Part shown: one piece after another, positions 22,811-35,770 of the stretch
Layout: every line of letters begins with the position of its first letter
How positions within the stretch are numbered: position 1 is the stretch's first letter
Source: Gonapodya sp. JEL0774
Taxonomy: Eukaryota
DNA length: 48,563 nt
Reading direction: 5' to 3'
Assembly (NCBI GenBank): GCA_027604505.1
Contig: JADIIX010000073.1
Coordinates: 62,001-110,563 of the forward strand
The notes under the pieces: generated by a model
What the model was told of the DNA's origin: nothing
Databases searched by the model: none
The model's input: the letters and a program-made list of their open reading frames with translations, nothing else
Translations under genes and position numbers: made by a program

Positions 22811-25336
22811 CTAGTAAGTCCTTTGAGCCCACTCGCACCACCATCTCACACCTTCGTACGTGCTCATGGTCACAATCGCCGCAGGCACCGTCTTAAATAA
22901 GTTGGTACCAAATCCGCGGTAAAATCCACGCACGCCCGCATCGGCATAGATCGAACGAACAACAGACGACACGGTGGGACGGAGGGGTGCAGGGGGCGTG
23001 GGGAGGAGGTGGTGCGTCGGTACCGGAAGCGGTGGATGTTCCGGATGCGTAGGAGTCACAAAGGTGTGCAGTCGAGTCCGCACAATCTTTGATATCAGAG
23101 GTAAGTGCCCGGAGAGACATATACGGGTACGGGAGAAAAATAGGTTTGTGATTGACTGTCATACAACGGCCTCACCAAGTCGACTCACCTCATGTGGGTA
23201 AGTCGCTGCACTTGCCACAACCTTGGAAAACGCGGATGCTAGCAATATGTCCAACATACTCGGATTCCTAGAGGGTCGTGGAGGCGGCGTGCCCCGGTAT
23301 CGACTTATCCGTTCCAGGAGTGCCGCTGCGTTCCATCAAACAGTGCGAGATGGGAAAGCAGAGACGAACAGAAAGTTGCAACGGGCAAAGAATGTTAGTC
23401 TCGGTGGCGCCGTCTTGCCCTTTGATTCCAAAAAGCAGCTCAATCTCACCTCCCCATCTACCCTCTCTTGCCCACTCATACAAAGGGAACTGCACCGCTA
23501 CATGACTCACGCCCATCAAACTAGGCGCAAGACCTTTGTAGAACGCCCCCAGTCCCTCAGTGTGGTAAATTGTTTGTACGGCATCAAGAGTCGAAGTGTA
23601 GGCATAGGGGGAGCCCGGGTGCGACATGGTCATAAAGCGAGCTGAGTAGGAGGTGAGAGACGGTAGATGCGCAGTGGAGGAGAAGGGTGGCGTGGGGGTA
23701 GATGCGGTACAGAAATGCGGAGCAGGGAGAAACCAAATCCTTCAGAAAATCAGCCTCAAAGAACAGCCACTGGGTATCGTTTGCCACCAATACCTACTCC
23801 GGAGCACCCAACAAGGATTGGTGGCCGTCGTAGACGTCACTCCCGCAGTGATGGCAGAGAGGATATGAACGAAGGTTGGGGACGTGTTGGCTTGGGGCAC
23901 GGAATGAAACATGTTCTTGTGAGCGCTTAGATTACCGCACCGGACCCTAAGTGCAATTTCAAGATCAAACTCTCTTTCCATCGGTTTCATCCTTGTTCCC
24001 TCCCATTTTCTCCCACCCGGTCTTTCGTTCTCTTCGTGTCCTTGATTACCCCCTACACTGCAACTACCTCACCATCCGCTCTATGCACTTCAATCGCTCG
24101 GCGCTCGACAATCAGTTGCATTTCTTCTTCTTCCACAAATCCCTCCCATTCCTTCCTCCGACTCTTTGACACCGTGGGTGTTCAGACAACACTTTCAACA
24201 TAAACACTCACCACTTCCCAATTTGGTTTCCCACCACCCCTTTGCGACATCATAGACAGTAAAGTAAATGGCCCAATTGGGAAGATATCCCAGTATGGTC
24301 TGCGGGAGGCCCTTGTATAGTCCACGAAGTCCTTCGGCATGATGAATGCGGATGAGAGAGCCTGTACATGGAGTGCGGAGATATGAAGCCGAAAAAGTAG
24401 GTTAATCGAATTGAAAACGGTCGGAAGTTTAACGAGTGAAGGAGGACCATGTAAATTAGGAAGAGCGAAAGGAAAAGTGGTGGATACGAAAACAAAAGGC
24501 TCGTCGAAATGTCCTCCAGAAGGCTACGAAAGCCTCTGCACGGTGTAGGGTCCTTTTGGCCAGATAAGTCGTCGACAAAAAATCTCATTCGTTGTCGAAG
24601 GGGAGCTCAAGAGCCAGTAATGCCACAACCGAGCATGGATCCTCATGTGGACTGCATCATGTGCATTTCACTGCAGCTTTGAGCTGTCAGCCGCGGTGTA
24701 GGCAATCAAAACTCACGGAAGGTACCCTTGTACGGTACGTCTTGCGGTAACACCCCACTAACAGAAGTAGTTGAATTGGACGGTTGGTTCTGCATTCGAA
24801 TTTTGACCACCTCTATAGGATTGGTGACAACTGCTGAGGCAATGCCTGCGAGTGCACCCGAAAGAGTGTGAGGCAGGGCGGGATGGGCACTGAATGATGG
24901 AGGGGTTTGATGGGTCGAAGGTGGGGTCGAAAAGTGGGGTGAACAGTGGGGTCAATTTGTCTTCAGAATTCACTTTAGGGACCATCACATGACGCGTAAG
25001 GTCACACGAAAACGAGAAGAGGAAGGCACCGGCGCGCAGAACAGGCCTGTCTGAACTCGGCAGACTGAACTCGCGAACGCGTAGAGGAAGGCACCCTTCC
25101 TCGAGGAATGGTAGCAGGGGTAACAAGACCACACGTAATCCGCATTCAATCCATCTTTTCACCTACCGAAAAGTCCCTGCGATTGCACGCAGGAGTGGTG
25201 CGGATACATTTCCACCATCTCGCACTCCTCGAGCTGCACTCCCTGTACCTGATCCTGCCCCTCCCACACTCCCGGGCGTCCATGATGCAGACGCAACTGG
25301 TGGAGTGTTTGGCGGATTCGCAGCCGCCGATGCCAT
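22811..25336 (-). CDS. NDT1: Mitochondrial NAD+ carrier-like protein (yeast Ndt1/Yia6 subfamily), about 7 exons
   Basis: TNPIEVVKIRMQ, LGYLPNWAIYFTVYD, TNPCWVLRTRFM, FYKGLAPSLMGVSHVAVQFPLYE, ASAATYPHE|IVRTRL, FYRGFGTNLFKTVPAAIVT. Confidence 0.85.
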
Positions 25337-25719
25337 CAGCGAGGGTTTTCACTCTGGTTGGGAAGTGTCAAAAGCGCTTCACCATCTGATCCCCACGACC
25401 CGCGGTGCTCTTCTAACATGCATGACAGCAGCTCAGTTTCCCCCAACCGATTTATGCAAACTAGTATGTCCGTACAATACAATGAAAATATCCGAACTCT
25501 ACCCTTCCGTAGTATGGAAGTTCTTGCGCCGTTTGTTGCCATCTGCCAATTCATTCATTGTATATAACATTATGTATTGCTATAGGAGCCTGAAATCGGC
25601 GATCTGTGGGTTGAGTCTACATTGCTACACCATCACACGGTTGTGATCAAATGTGGGAAGAAATGAAGGAACAGCTGAGCTAGAGTAATCTTCGAATCAC
25701 TTTCATAACCCCGAATAGT

Positions 25720-28314
25720 TCAAGCATCCGGGACTTTTGACTCCGCTGCAACACGAAGCTTCCTCCGCTTCTGTGGGATGGACGTGGCCATGTGGAGTCC
25801 GAACACCGCCAGTATCAGAAAAGCAATGCACGCCCCCAAAAGCACCATGATGTTGACAAGAATGGATGGGGACTCGAGATTAAAGAAAGATATAACCTAC
25901 AAGCAATAGTAAGTTGGAGTATAAGTTTGTGTCTTAAGAATGGCAAAGAACTACATCAACCAACTAGCTAAACTCACCGATTCGCCAGTTGGAAATTGGC
26001 AGGCCCCTTGGACACATGAAAATGTTACACCTTGAAATTCGTTGTTCAGGAGCGCAGTGAAGACATATCGTGTCACCGAAAGCCACTGAATCCACCTGTT
26101 CAAAAAGTCGACGTGTGAACTTCATCCCCCTTGGCACTTTGTTTGAAGCAATTACCTGAGAGCAATGGGAATCGATAACTGGTTCACAAGCCCTCCTCCA
26201 AATAGCATCGAAAGAGTGGCGATCATCGGAAATATCATCTGAGCAATTTGCATATTTGAGATCATTCCCCCAACCGAATATCCCAAAGAGATCCAAGCAA
26301 GCACATTAAGAGCATTGACAACCACAAAGATACCAAATCGACTTGCAAGCGGGTTCAGACCGGTCATCCAGTAGATTATGATCGCCGATAGAAAAGGACC
26401 CAAGAACGACACAGGTCCGTTCACAACCAGCTCCGCGAGAAAGCGCGAGAAGATACTGTAGGCCCCAGCCCGTCTTTCCCGAACCATGAGCCTTTTGCTC
26501 TCCGTGAAGTTGGCGAGAAGAGGCATGACGGAAGAAAATGCGCCTGGGGGAACACTCTAGGTTACTGTGTGTGCCGACAGGAGGGGTGACGAGGACACAC
26601 TTACCGTTCATTGGAAGGAATTGTAAGAGACCAAATCGTGACTGCACGTCCCCTTGCGAATATCCAAGACGAAAAAATATGAAGCCCATTAGGATCGCGA
26701 ACACTGCCGTGTTTCCCACAATGGTTCTGATGAAAAAGAAAGAAAGCACCATTTATTTCCGGACTCACGACAACGAGCAAGAAAGCAAAGTCGCCTCACG
26801 GAAGAAGTGATCGATCGCGGAACACGTGTCTCCCTTGTCTCGACAAAAGAATGAAAAACTCGGAGGTCATGGAGTTCTTCGTGTGCATCGACAAGTCTTC
26901 TAGCGGAACTACGACTGATTGACTGGCGTAATTTTCCTTGGAAATTCTCGTCCTCTCGATGAACGCCCAAGCCTCAATGAGTGCAGTTGGGGAGTCTACG
27001 GAGCCAGTGGATGCAGCCTGTTTGCCCGATGACGCAGCTCCTGACAGAACATCCAAGAAATCTACGTAAAGGAAGAATCAATATCGAAGAAAAAACGTAC
27101 TAAATCGATTTGCCGCGGAACCTACAATCTCCGGGGTTTGTTTGCGGAGGCAGAGGAAACCCAAGCGTCGCAAAATGAGGAACTGCGTCATCAACAGTGC
27201 CGAACCAAACGGTTCTACCCCCAGCAAGAAGGTGAATCTTGTCGAAGAGATCAAGAATCGTCTTGCGAGGCTGATGAATTGTACACAAGATCGCCATGTT
27301 ATGAGAGGATGTGAGCTGAAGAGCAACAACAGAGTGTCATGATGACGTGCAAAAACGCTTCACCGAGGCTGAAATACCTTTTTGAGAACTTCAATGACCG
27401 AGAACGCGGATGCGGCATCCAAACCCGAAGTTGGCTCGTCAGCGAACAGCATTCTGTGAGTTGCGAAGTTGAGTGGCATGATTTCTCGCTACCTTGTCCA
27501 GCAACCTACTTTGGCTTTGTAATGATCTCAATTGCGATTGACAATCTTTTCTTCTCACCCCCAGATATCCCGCCTTGCTCGGGGTTACCAATTCTAGAAT
27601 GAGCGACCTGAGCGAGCACAAATTGTTTCAAAATAATTCGATTCAGTGATGTGAACACCGGATTCCATTGATCACCCTCTCACCTTCGTCAGGCCCATTT
27701 CTTCCAGAAGTTCGTCCACCAGACGCTGAATATCGTCAACCTGTGGGGCCCGAAGGCGAGCTTGATAGAACAATGTCTCACGAACGGTTAAGTTCTGCAA
27801 CGGGATAAAGGCGGTGTGAATCGATATAGTTAAACCCGGAATTCACAATGACACACAGTCAGGTAGATGTCTTCTTGCTCCGAGAATCCAACTGATCTCT
27901 TCCACCACGAAGATGGAAGAGCCTCGCGAGAGTGCCCGTTTACAAGAACTGTCCCGGAGAACTCTGCAGACGCGGAGACGCGACCGGCAATGGAGTTGAG
28001 GAGTGACGTTTTGCCTGTTTGGATGTCCCAACAAAATTCCACGATTAATTGCAGTGATATACCACAATATTTTTCGCTTGGAAATCACCAGAGCCAGACG
28101 CTCCCATGATAGCAACCATCTCCCCTGCTTTCACTCCACCATTGACGCCAGAGATGATTTCCTTGACCATTGGTTTACCCTTAGACAGCTTGACTTCGAT
28201 CGCGTATGTGATGTTTTGCCATGTGACAACGAGGTTGCTTTGGTTGGAGGACATTTCGACTAAAGGAGTGGAATCCGGAGCAGCGCCGAAGCTGAGCGTC
28301 CCATTCGAACTCAT
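25720..28314 (-). CDS. Half-size ABCG (White-type) transporter, NBD-TMD, multi-exon
   Basis: Walker A GASGS|GKT, signature ISGGEKKRLSIA, Walker B MLFADEPTSGLD, CTIHQP, ABC2-type membrane domain (VRERRAGAYS). Confidence 0.93.
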
Positions 28315-28746
28315 GATTGATGTAAATCAATTTCTGTCAATAGACTGCAATCCGCACTGATAAAAGCGTGATTCAATGGCGGCCACGTTGTGACACGCAA
28401 CAACCCGGTGGGATTCGCAACCTTGTGCCCCATGAGGGCGGAAAAACCTTTCCATCCCCGACGAAGTTAGCTTCAAAGTCATTTACCCGATAGTAAAATT
28501 AGGCAAGATCCCTCAATGCTCATCAATGTCCGTGCCTTCGCGGGCCACTAACAATGAGTGACTTTAAACAAAAGAAAGAATAACAGAATGAACTTTGCAG
28601 ATTGGGACTGCCTGATACTTGATTGCGCCGCGGCACCATGTTGTGTTTCCCAAAGAAAAACATCAAATATAACACGTAAGTAAGGACCCGCTTTTATGAG
28701 CTTCGCTTTCCCAATCGCAATTGTGCTTTAAACGTGCATGGACTGT

Positions 28747-30478
28747 CTAACGGCAAGTGTATCGTCCTGCGACCATTCCACTTGTTGCTCCAACTTTCCT
28801 CCTGCCCCACCATCCCGGGTCCTCGTGCAACCAGCAAACCCCTTTCGCATCTGGTCTCCGCCCACCGCCCTCCTCGGCACTGAAGCTCCACGTCCGGCAT
28901 CGAGGCTCGTCAATGCATTGCATGCGGCACTCGCCGGCACTGAAGACTCGAAGCGTACTGAATCCGTAATGTTGAAGAGCAGTATTTTCGATGAACTCAG
29001 GAAGTGAGACCATATCGGGGTTGAAAAAAGAGAATACAGAGGCACTTGATGGATTTGGTGACAATTGTTCGATCTCGTGAAGGTGTTTCAGTGCAGCCGT
29101 GGACACTGCGTGGAATGATGCTGGTCGAACGCAAGGATCTTTGGGCCAGGGAAACATGGTGTCTTCCGGAGACTGAGAGTTATAAATCGAGAAGAGGCGA
29201 GTGTCCTGTTCCAGTATAACACCGGCCATATAAAGGCAGAGGGCGACACGGATGTCACCCGCCCAGCAAGTTGATGTGGAGAGACGACACTTAGGGAGAG
29301 CTTCGACGAGGAGATCCATGGCGGGACGAGAGAGGACTGATGGATATCGCCCAGAGAGGAGGAGGGGGAAAGGGGTTTAAGTCAATTTCTGTCTTGATGC
29401 GATACCAAAACAACTTACTAATGCCGGCACCTCCTTGAGCCATCCATATGCTCGCACGAGTATCAACCACTCCCGCGCAACCAGAAAACTGTGTGGCTTA
29501 TCGCTCACAATATCAGTGCCCTTGTCAGTTCGACGAACCAAAGTTGAAAGTACCTCGGCCTAAATATACAGGGCGGCTCGCATCCAATTGCCCAAGCTCT
29601 GACAAAAGGTTGTGTAGAAATAAGTGTGTATCGTCGTCGATCATGACATACCAAGACGCATCTGGGTATCTAGTGGAGGAGCAGCGGATTTTCGAACTCA
29701 AAGAGTGAAAATGTGAGCATCATTTGAACTGACCTCTCTCGGAGGAGCCGCAGACCGGGTAAATTTTTGTGTGCATCTACCTACGGTGACCGTCAACAGT
29801 GATGCACAGACTGAACGTTAATCAAATCCTCACCCTCCAACCTAAAGTCTTTTCTTTGTCTGTCTCCCAGTGCTCCTCGCCATCACCAGTGGCTCCACTG
29901 TACATTAATTTGTCTAGAAACTCCACGTCAATCCCTTCCAGAACGTTGATCATTTTGAGTCCACCAACTGTGATTGTGGCGTCCCCAACGAGTATGAGGT
30001 TTCGAACAGAAGAAAGAGTCGTGTTGACCTTGTTTGATCACGTTTTGGAAACAGATGAGACAAGTGGACGACAGTGGTCTTCACTTTGACTATAACGCAC
30101 CTGCAGTTCCAATCTCTCCATGTTAGCGTTCTGTCCTGATTTAAGAGCGATCGCAATCTCAGGCCACCCGAATGTCTTTTGCTTTTCTATCCATGCTTCC
30201 AGGTCAACCCTCTTCCCCAGGCGTCCGGCGTCAGAGCCGACCGCTCGGAGACCATCTCCAGTCCGAGCAGCGTCGAGTTCAAGGCTGCTAGCTAGTTCTA
30301 AACATTCAGAGCCATTCTTTTGGTCGATGTGCCGATCACGGAAAGGCCAAGGTCGCCTGTCGTGACCGAGATTGATCACAAGCAGCAGCAGCGCAACGAC
30401 AGGAAACAGCAGACGACACAACGACCGGAAGAAGCGCCTCCGACCAAGCATCGAAACCACCGTATTTCTCCATTGCAT
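28747..30478 (-). CDS. GT31 (Fringe/core-1 galactosyltransferase-like) type II membrane glycosyltransferase with a C-terminal PAN/Apple-like module
   Basis: N-terminal TM; IAIALKSG; DAHKNLPG; YPDASWYVMIDDDT; MAQGGAGI; CWAGDIRVALCL; FHAV; C-terminal ECRMQCIDEPRCRTWSF...CWL...SG. Start may be 30451. Confidence 0.85.
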
Positions 30479-30651
30479 CAACGAAACTTGTGAGTTCGCA
30501 CAAAAATTCCTGTACCATTTCACCAGCACTTCACAGCAGAGGCTTTCCAAATTGAGAAAACGAAAAATTCTTGACGCATCTATCGTAACATAGCTTCAAG
30601 ATTGGCGGCGTCGTAGTTCACCAAGGAAACTCGAATCGCCTCATCTCGCAC

Positions 30652-31755
30652 ATGATTCAACCGCCGTTGGTGTCGGAAGAATCGACATCCCAATTCTGCC
30701 AAGTCGTCTTGAACCCACACCGTGACCCAGCATTTAAAGCCCAGTCTTTCCCACCCGAAGTTCTTTCATTCCATCAATCGCTGCCTGGCTATTCCCCCAC
30801 TCAAATCGTTTCCCTTCCATCAATTGCCGATGAATGCGGTGTTAGTCGCGTTTTCGCCAAGGTTGAGTCGAATCGGCTCTTCCTCCCTGCATTTAAAATC
30901 CTCGGAGTGTCGTGGGCAGCGAGGTGTGCACTTGAATCAGTCCCCGAGGGGGTCTCGGTCACATTCATCACCGCAACCGATGGAAACCATGGACGCGCTG
31001 TTGCACGTACGGCACGTCTTCTGGGACATGCTGCAAGAATCGTAGTGCCAGTCTCAGGGATACACCCTTCGGCCGTGCGTGCTATTGAATCTGAGGGTGC
31101 TTCAGTTGAGACCTGTACGGGATCTTACGACGATGCCTGTCGACATGCCGCAGATATCGCAGCATCTGTACCAAACAGTCTCCTTTTGCAAGACACGGCT
31201 TGGCCTGGATATGTGGATATACCGACTTTTATAGTCCAAGGATACACTACCTTGTTCTCGGAGTTGGAGTCGCAGCTCTCCTGTGCTCCTGATGTTGTGA
31301 TTGTCCCAGCTGGCGTGGGTTCATTGGCACAGGCCGCTGTCTCCCATTATCGCTCCCGTGCCGACCCAAACCGAACAATTGTGGTCACAGTGGAACCCAA
31401 CAGTGCCGCCTGTGTTCTCGAGAGTGTACGGCAAGGAACCCTGGTGACAGTTCCCACAAGCGAGACTTGCATGGCCGGATTGAACTGTGGCACTCCGTCA
31501 TGGCTCGCTTGGCCCATTCTTGATCGAGGTCTAGATGCGGCAGTGCGGGTTTCAGAGGAGCAAGCTCGTGCAGCCAAACAATCACTGAATGACGCTCATA
31601 TTGATTCGGGGCCGTGCGGGTGGGCGGGCGTGGCCGGTGCGAGAGTGCTCTTAAAGGGGAACCTTGGAGAAACGACGCGAAAAGTTCTTGGAGTGGGCGC
31701 AACGGCTACAGTTGTGGTGATTATTACAGAGGGTAGGGAAGCTAATTTGAAGTGA
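30652..31755 (+). CDS. dpaL: Diaminopropionate ammonia-lyase (PLP fold type II), single exon, 367 aa
   Basis: FHQSLPGYSPT, KVESNR...PAFKILG (PLP lysine), ATDGNHGRAVA, YDDA, QDTAWPGY, GYTTLFSE, GVGSLAQA, MAGLNCGTPS, TEG. Confidence 0.9.
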   Translation: MIQPPLVSEESTSQFCQVVLNPHRDPAFKAQSFPPEVLSFHQSLPGYSPTQIVSLPSIADECGVSRVFAKVESNRLFLPAFKILGVSWAARCALESVPEGVSVTFITATDGNHGRAVARTARLLGHAARIVVPVSGIHPSAVRAIESEGASVETCTGSYDDACRHAADIAASVPNSLLLQDTAWPGYVDIPTFIVQGYTTLFSELESQLSCAPDVVIVPAGVGSLAQAAVSHYRSRADPNRTIVVTVEPNSAACVLESVRQGTLVTVPTSETCMAGLNCGTPSWLAWPILDRGLDAAVRVSEEQARAAKQSLNDAHIDSGPCGWAGVAGARVLLKGNLGETTRKVLGVGATATVVVIITEGREANLK

Positions 31756-31966
31756 AAACTTATTGGAGGACTCTGTCTTGCACTGCGATCACTTTCTATT
31801 GAACTAGCCCGACATACTTTAAATTGATGCTACGATTAGATAGATCACCGCTTGTGGTTGAGATGACAATACATCATCACCATCTCCGAAGTTGTCCACA
31901 TATCTGGATAAATTCTCGCCCATCACTCTCACACCTCCGCCCTTCACGATTCGCGGTTCACACACC

Positions 31967-34253
31967 CTACTGACATCGGTTCCGAACGCACGATTTGGAT
32001 GAACACTGGGCCCCGGCTGTACATGTGGATCCCGCCGGTAACAGTGTTCGAGTGGTCGTGACAGTCCGAGATTTTGTCGACGTAATTGTGCGTGTCACCG
32101 TTTTGGTACGAGTTGTGGTGGCGGTGCTGGTACGAGTTTTTGTGGCCGAAGTGGATCGAGTTGTTGTGGCAGCGCGGGTTGTTTTCGACGTGGTCGTGGA
32201 TTGTTTGGCCGAGCGTGTATTTGAAGTGGATTTAGTCTGTGTTTTGGAGGTGGTAGAGATTGATGGCGTGGTTTTAGTGCTGCTTGTCGTCCAGCTTGGT
32301 TGCTCCGAGTTGGTTGAAGAGGAAGCCACACTGGTTGTGGCGCTCTCGGTTGTTAAGGAATCAGATGTAAATTGAGTTGTGGACGTGGCAGTCTCGCTGG
32401 TAGTGACACTCTCAGTTGTCAAAGAAGTGGACGTCGATTGTGTAGTTGATGACGCCGTCTCGCTAGTGGTGGCGCTTTCGGTTGTCAGAGAAGTGGAGGT
32501 GTATTGTGTAGTTTCGGTGGTTGAAGTGGTTGATTTGGTGGTGCTTGACAGGAACAACTCAAATTTTGCAGGAAAAGCAAGAGAAACCTTCAATAAATAA
32601 GTACCTTGTGGATTTTGTTGTAGTTGTGATCGCCGGACAGTAGGTGCGAGGTGCACTGAGCGCCAAGGCTTTTAGTTGAGCATCGATTCCGAGTGGTTGC
32701 GTTTTCTTGCAGATGGTAGATATCGTGCCGGAATACTCAAGGCTATCAGTATACAAGACAGAAGACAAAGGCTCAAGTTGTGAGCAAGAAGGGTAGAAGA
32801 CAATACAAACGCAAGTCTGAACACACTCAAAAACAGCTTTTCCCGCACTGATGAACGGTGAATAAATCCCACACTCGTTGTATACCACGCACTCCTCAGC
32901 GACACTGAAGTCAAACGACGTCACAAGTTGTGGAATCAAGTCACCGCAGTTCTTGAGTGCGACAAGCTTCCCAAAATAGTGCGCGGTGTCCGCCAATCTG
33001 TTCAGGTATGAAGTCTAAGTAAGTAATTTGCCCGTGCCATTGAAGGAGCAAAGCGAAACTTACAAACGGTTGTACGCCAGTTGATGGGTTGAGTTCAAAG
33101 GGAAGCCGGTTTTGGACTGTGTGAATGCATCCACCTACGTTGGACGAGGAGTTGGTACGGCCGATGGAGCTAAACCACTACAAAACATCTCACGTTATCT
33201 GGATCGAATCCATCGCACCCCTTGGACACACCAAGACTCATTCGACTCATCATAATCGGCCCAAGAATTTGAGTCTGACGAACTTGAACGGCGTCGCATG
33301 ACTCGCGGTACAGTCATCAACAAATGCCCAAACGTCACTCTTACTGTCTAGCCAATTCTCTCCGGGCCACTGCAGAACAAAAAAACTCTACATCAGCATA
33401 GCAGCTACCATATCGAAAACTGAACGTGCTTACACCAGATAGTTTCAGCCCAATCACACTCTGTGGGAACAGCGCAATATCGGGTCTCCAGTTCTGAAGA
33501 CGAGGGTCATCAAATCAGACATTTAGCAGGATTCCATAAAGTTTCTACTATGTGACAAAAGACGGACCTCGTACGATCCTGCGGAGAAGTACTGCCAAGG
33601 CCCATCAGAAGTTGACGCCAATAATGCCAACTGGTGAATGCAACTCACACAAACGACGGTCTTGCCTTGTGCCTTCAATAGGCTAATCTCCGCTTGTGTT
33701 GCATCGAAAAGGTCCACTTTGGAAAGAACCAGGTTAGTTCCTTGGGCTACGTTGTTGACAACAATGTCCCGCTCACCCTCTGAGAGTATGCGTATGTTGT
33801 ATTAGTTACCAAAAGAAAGCGTTTGTGAAACATTGTCAAAGTATGTACTATGTCCCCCTCACCGTAGACTTGCGCCGGATAGGAGGCTTCAGTGCGGGAG
33901 AAAAATGAGAGAATCCCTTTTGAATAGATGGTGAAGACAGAAACTTCAGTGATCCTCACTATCGACAGCAGCTCCATCGATCTGGATTTGGAACGTTGTT
34001 CCCTGCGGATTGACGTTCCCCGGGGGGTGAAGGCCGAGATGCGATCGCTGGATTCGAAGCGTCTCGGAACTCGACATGAGCAAGCTCCTACCGGGGTTAT
34101 TTGAGCTCTAACCTGCGTTGGAACGTTTGAAGTAGCAAGTGGAGGGTGGGTACATGATCTGGTGGCTGTAAAAAAGAAAGTAGGACCCACTAGTCCTTGG
34201 AATGAAATCTGCAGCAAGAGCCCGAGCGCCAAGAAATGTGCCGGGAGGAGCAT
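31967..34253 (-). CDS. Secreted GH114 endo-alpha-1,4-polygalactosaminidase-like hydrolase with a Ser/Thr stalk and a small C-terminal Cys module; many short exons
   Basis: Signal peptide; GTTFQIQIDG, VDLFD, GKTVVC|YFSAGSYE|NWRPD, WPGENWLD, KGCDGFDPDN|VD, QLAYNR, LKNCGDLIPQLV, FSVAEEC, GKAVF; ends LPAGSTCTAGAQCSSKSCVRNRCQ*. Confidence 0.9.
32325..32522 (-). repeat. Three degenerate 66-bp (22-aa) coding tandem repeats in the GH114 Ser/Thr stalk
   Basis: Units start at about 32325, 32391 and 32457; the peptide pattern TTQxTSxSLTTESxTTS recurs. Confidence 0.8.
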
Positions 34254-35389
34254 CTGTTGATGGATTTTCACTAATGGACGTGTGTGTCGTCAAGGATGGT
34301 TCCGGGGCTCGGGCGAACAAGATAGAGATTCTCCGCCTTCATCCAGATGGTTTGGGAGTTAATATGTTGGCAATATATAAACCCGGGTCGCGGACGGTTC
34401 CACACGCTTCCTTGACGACGGTAACGGAGGAGGTAATTGCTCCAGTGATGAGGTGCTGGGACGCATACTATTGGGCAGCCTAGCGAATTCGTGCATTGAT
34501 GATGGAGGTGATGGTTCAGCCAACTGTCGATATGAAACGGGTCATTTATCAACTCCGGCGAAAGATACAATAGAACCGGTAAAATTGGAGATCATAATAG
34601 AATCTATCTCACATCACTATATGAAACGCAGTATCAAACTCCAGCAACGGGAATAATCCACCAGAAAGGCAATGGTGTACGGTCAGCGCTGTTCCTGGAT
34701 TATCCAGGAGACGAATTCAGAAATGTCACTTAGAATCCAAAGAGGCCCAAGGTAATATTCATCAATTTGTGTGTTTCATCCGGATGAACCCACCACACAA
34801 GCTTCTTCACTCCAATACACTACGAGAAAGCCACTCACCAATAGAAACACCAACTCTGTGTCAGTCGCACCCGAACAAACTCCAGACACAGCTTGCCAAT
34901 AGGGCCGATATGAAGACAAGCAGAACCCAATTTTGCTTTTGGAATAGCAATGACAGTAACCAAAGCCATTGCCAAGGCAGAAAACATCAATCAGGTGCAA
35001 AATAAATGCGGTAATGCGCAAGGAAATAATGTTGGTATTACCAGGCTCAGTTGCTTCACATTCTTTGTATTCGATCAGCAACTGCAAATGAACCAAAAAT
35101 TGATAAGAAGGTTCGTATGTCAAAGCACATTCTTCTCTACTGAATGTTCGGATTATCCTGTGATGTCCGACTTGCGGATACAGGGGAGGGGACTTGGATC
35201 ACATTGACGGCTGCGGACGAGATGGAATTGGGAGGCGAGCCTTTTGCCGTCGTTTCAATTTATAAAACTGAAACGACGTGTCCAGGGTGCGCGACGTGGA
35301 CGCTGCTCGCCATGGCACCCCGTCCTGCATTTCCTCGGTCCTGCGCTTCCACAGTCCTGGCAATGCTCAAACAATAAACAAGACAAACA

Positions 35390-35770
35390 ATGCCCCCTCC
35401 GAGTCCTGAGGCGGATGGCCAGGCAGAGCCTGCTGTAACAATTGGGTCGGGGAAACTCGCCGGTGCCAGACACGAAGTCGAAGCAGATACGCAACCTGAC
35501 ACCAACGTCCCTCCGACGGGATGCGCCCACTCCAGGGACCTACCGTGTGTTCTGCCTAGTCACAAGTGGAGAGATAGAAATGAAGAGTGTGAAGTGAATG
35601 CACAGCAGAGATTCAAATCATCCCATCCCCGCTGGAGACCAGCTGGAGAGAGACCACCAGTCCATAGTAATCACCTTCAAGCGCTCAGCCTCACTTTGTC
35701 GAAGGCAGAACGTGTGTTGGCGAACAAGATTGATTCGAGAGCCTTTCGGTTCATCCTCGTCCGCCTCTAG
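35390..35770 (+). CDS. Possible orphan gene or gene remnant; structure unresolved and may extend to about 36490
   Basis: TATAAAA at 35261-35267, A-rich context ACAAACAATG, 126-aa ORF, several GT/AG candidates; no recognisable domain. Confidence 0.25.
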   Translation: MPPPSPEADGQAEPAVTIGSGKLAGARHEVEADTQPDTNVPPTGCAHSRDLPCVLPSHKWRDRNEECEVNAQQRFKSSHPRWRPAGERPPVHSNHLQALSLTLSKAERVLANKIDSRAFRFILVRL

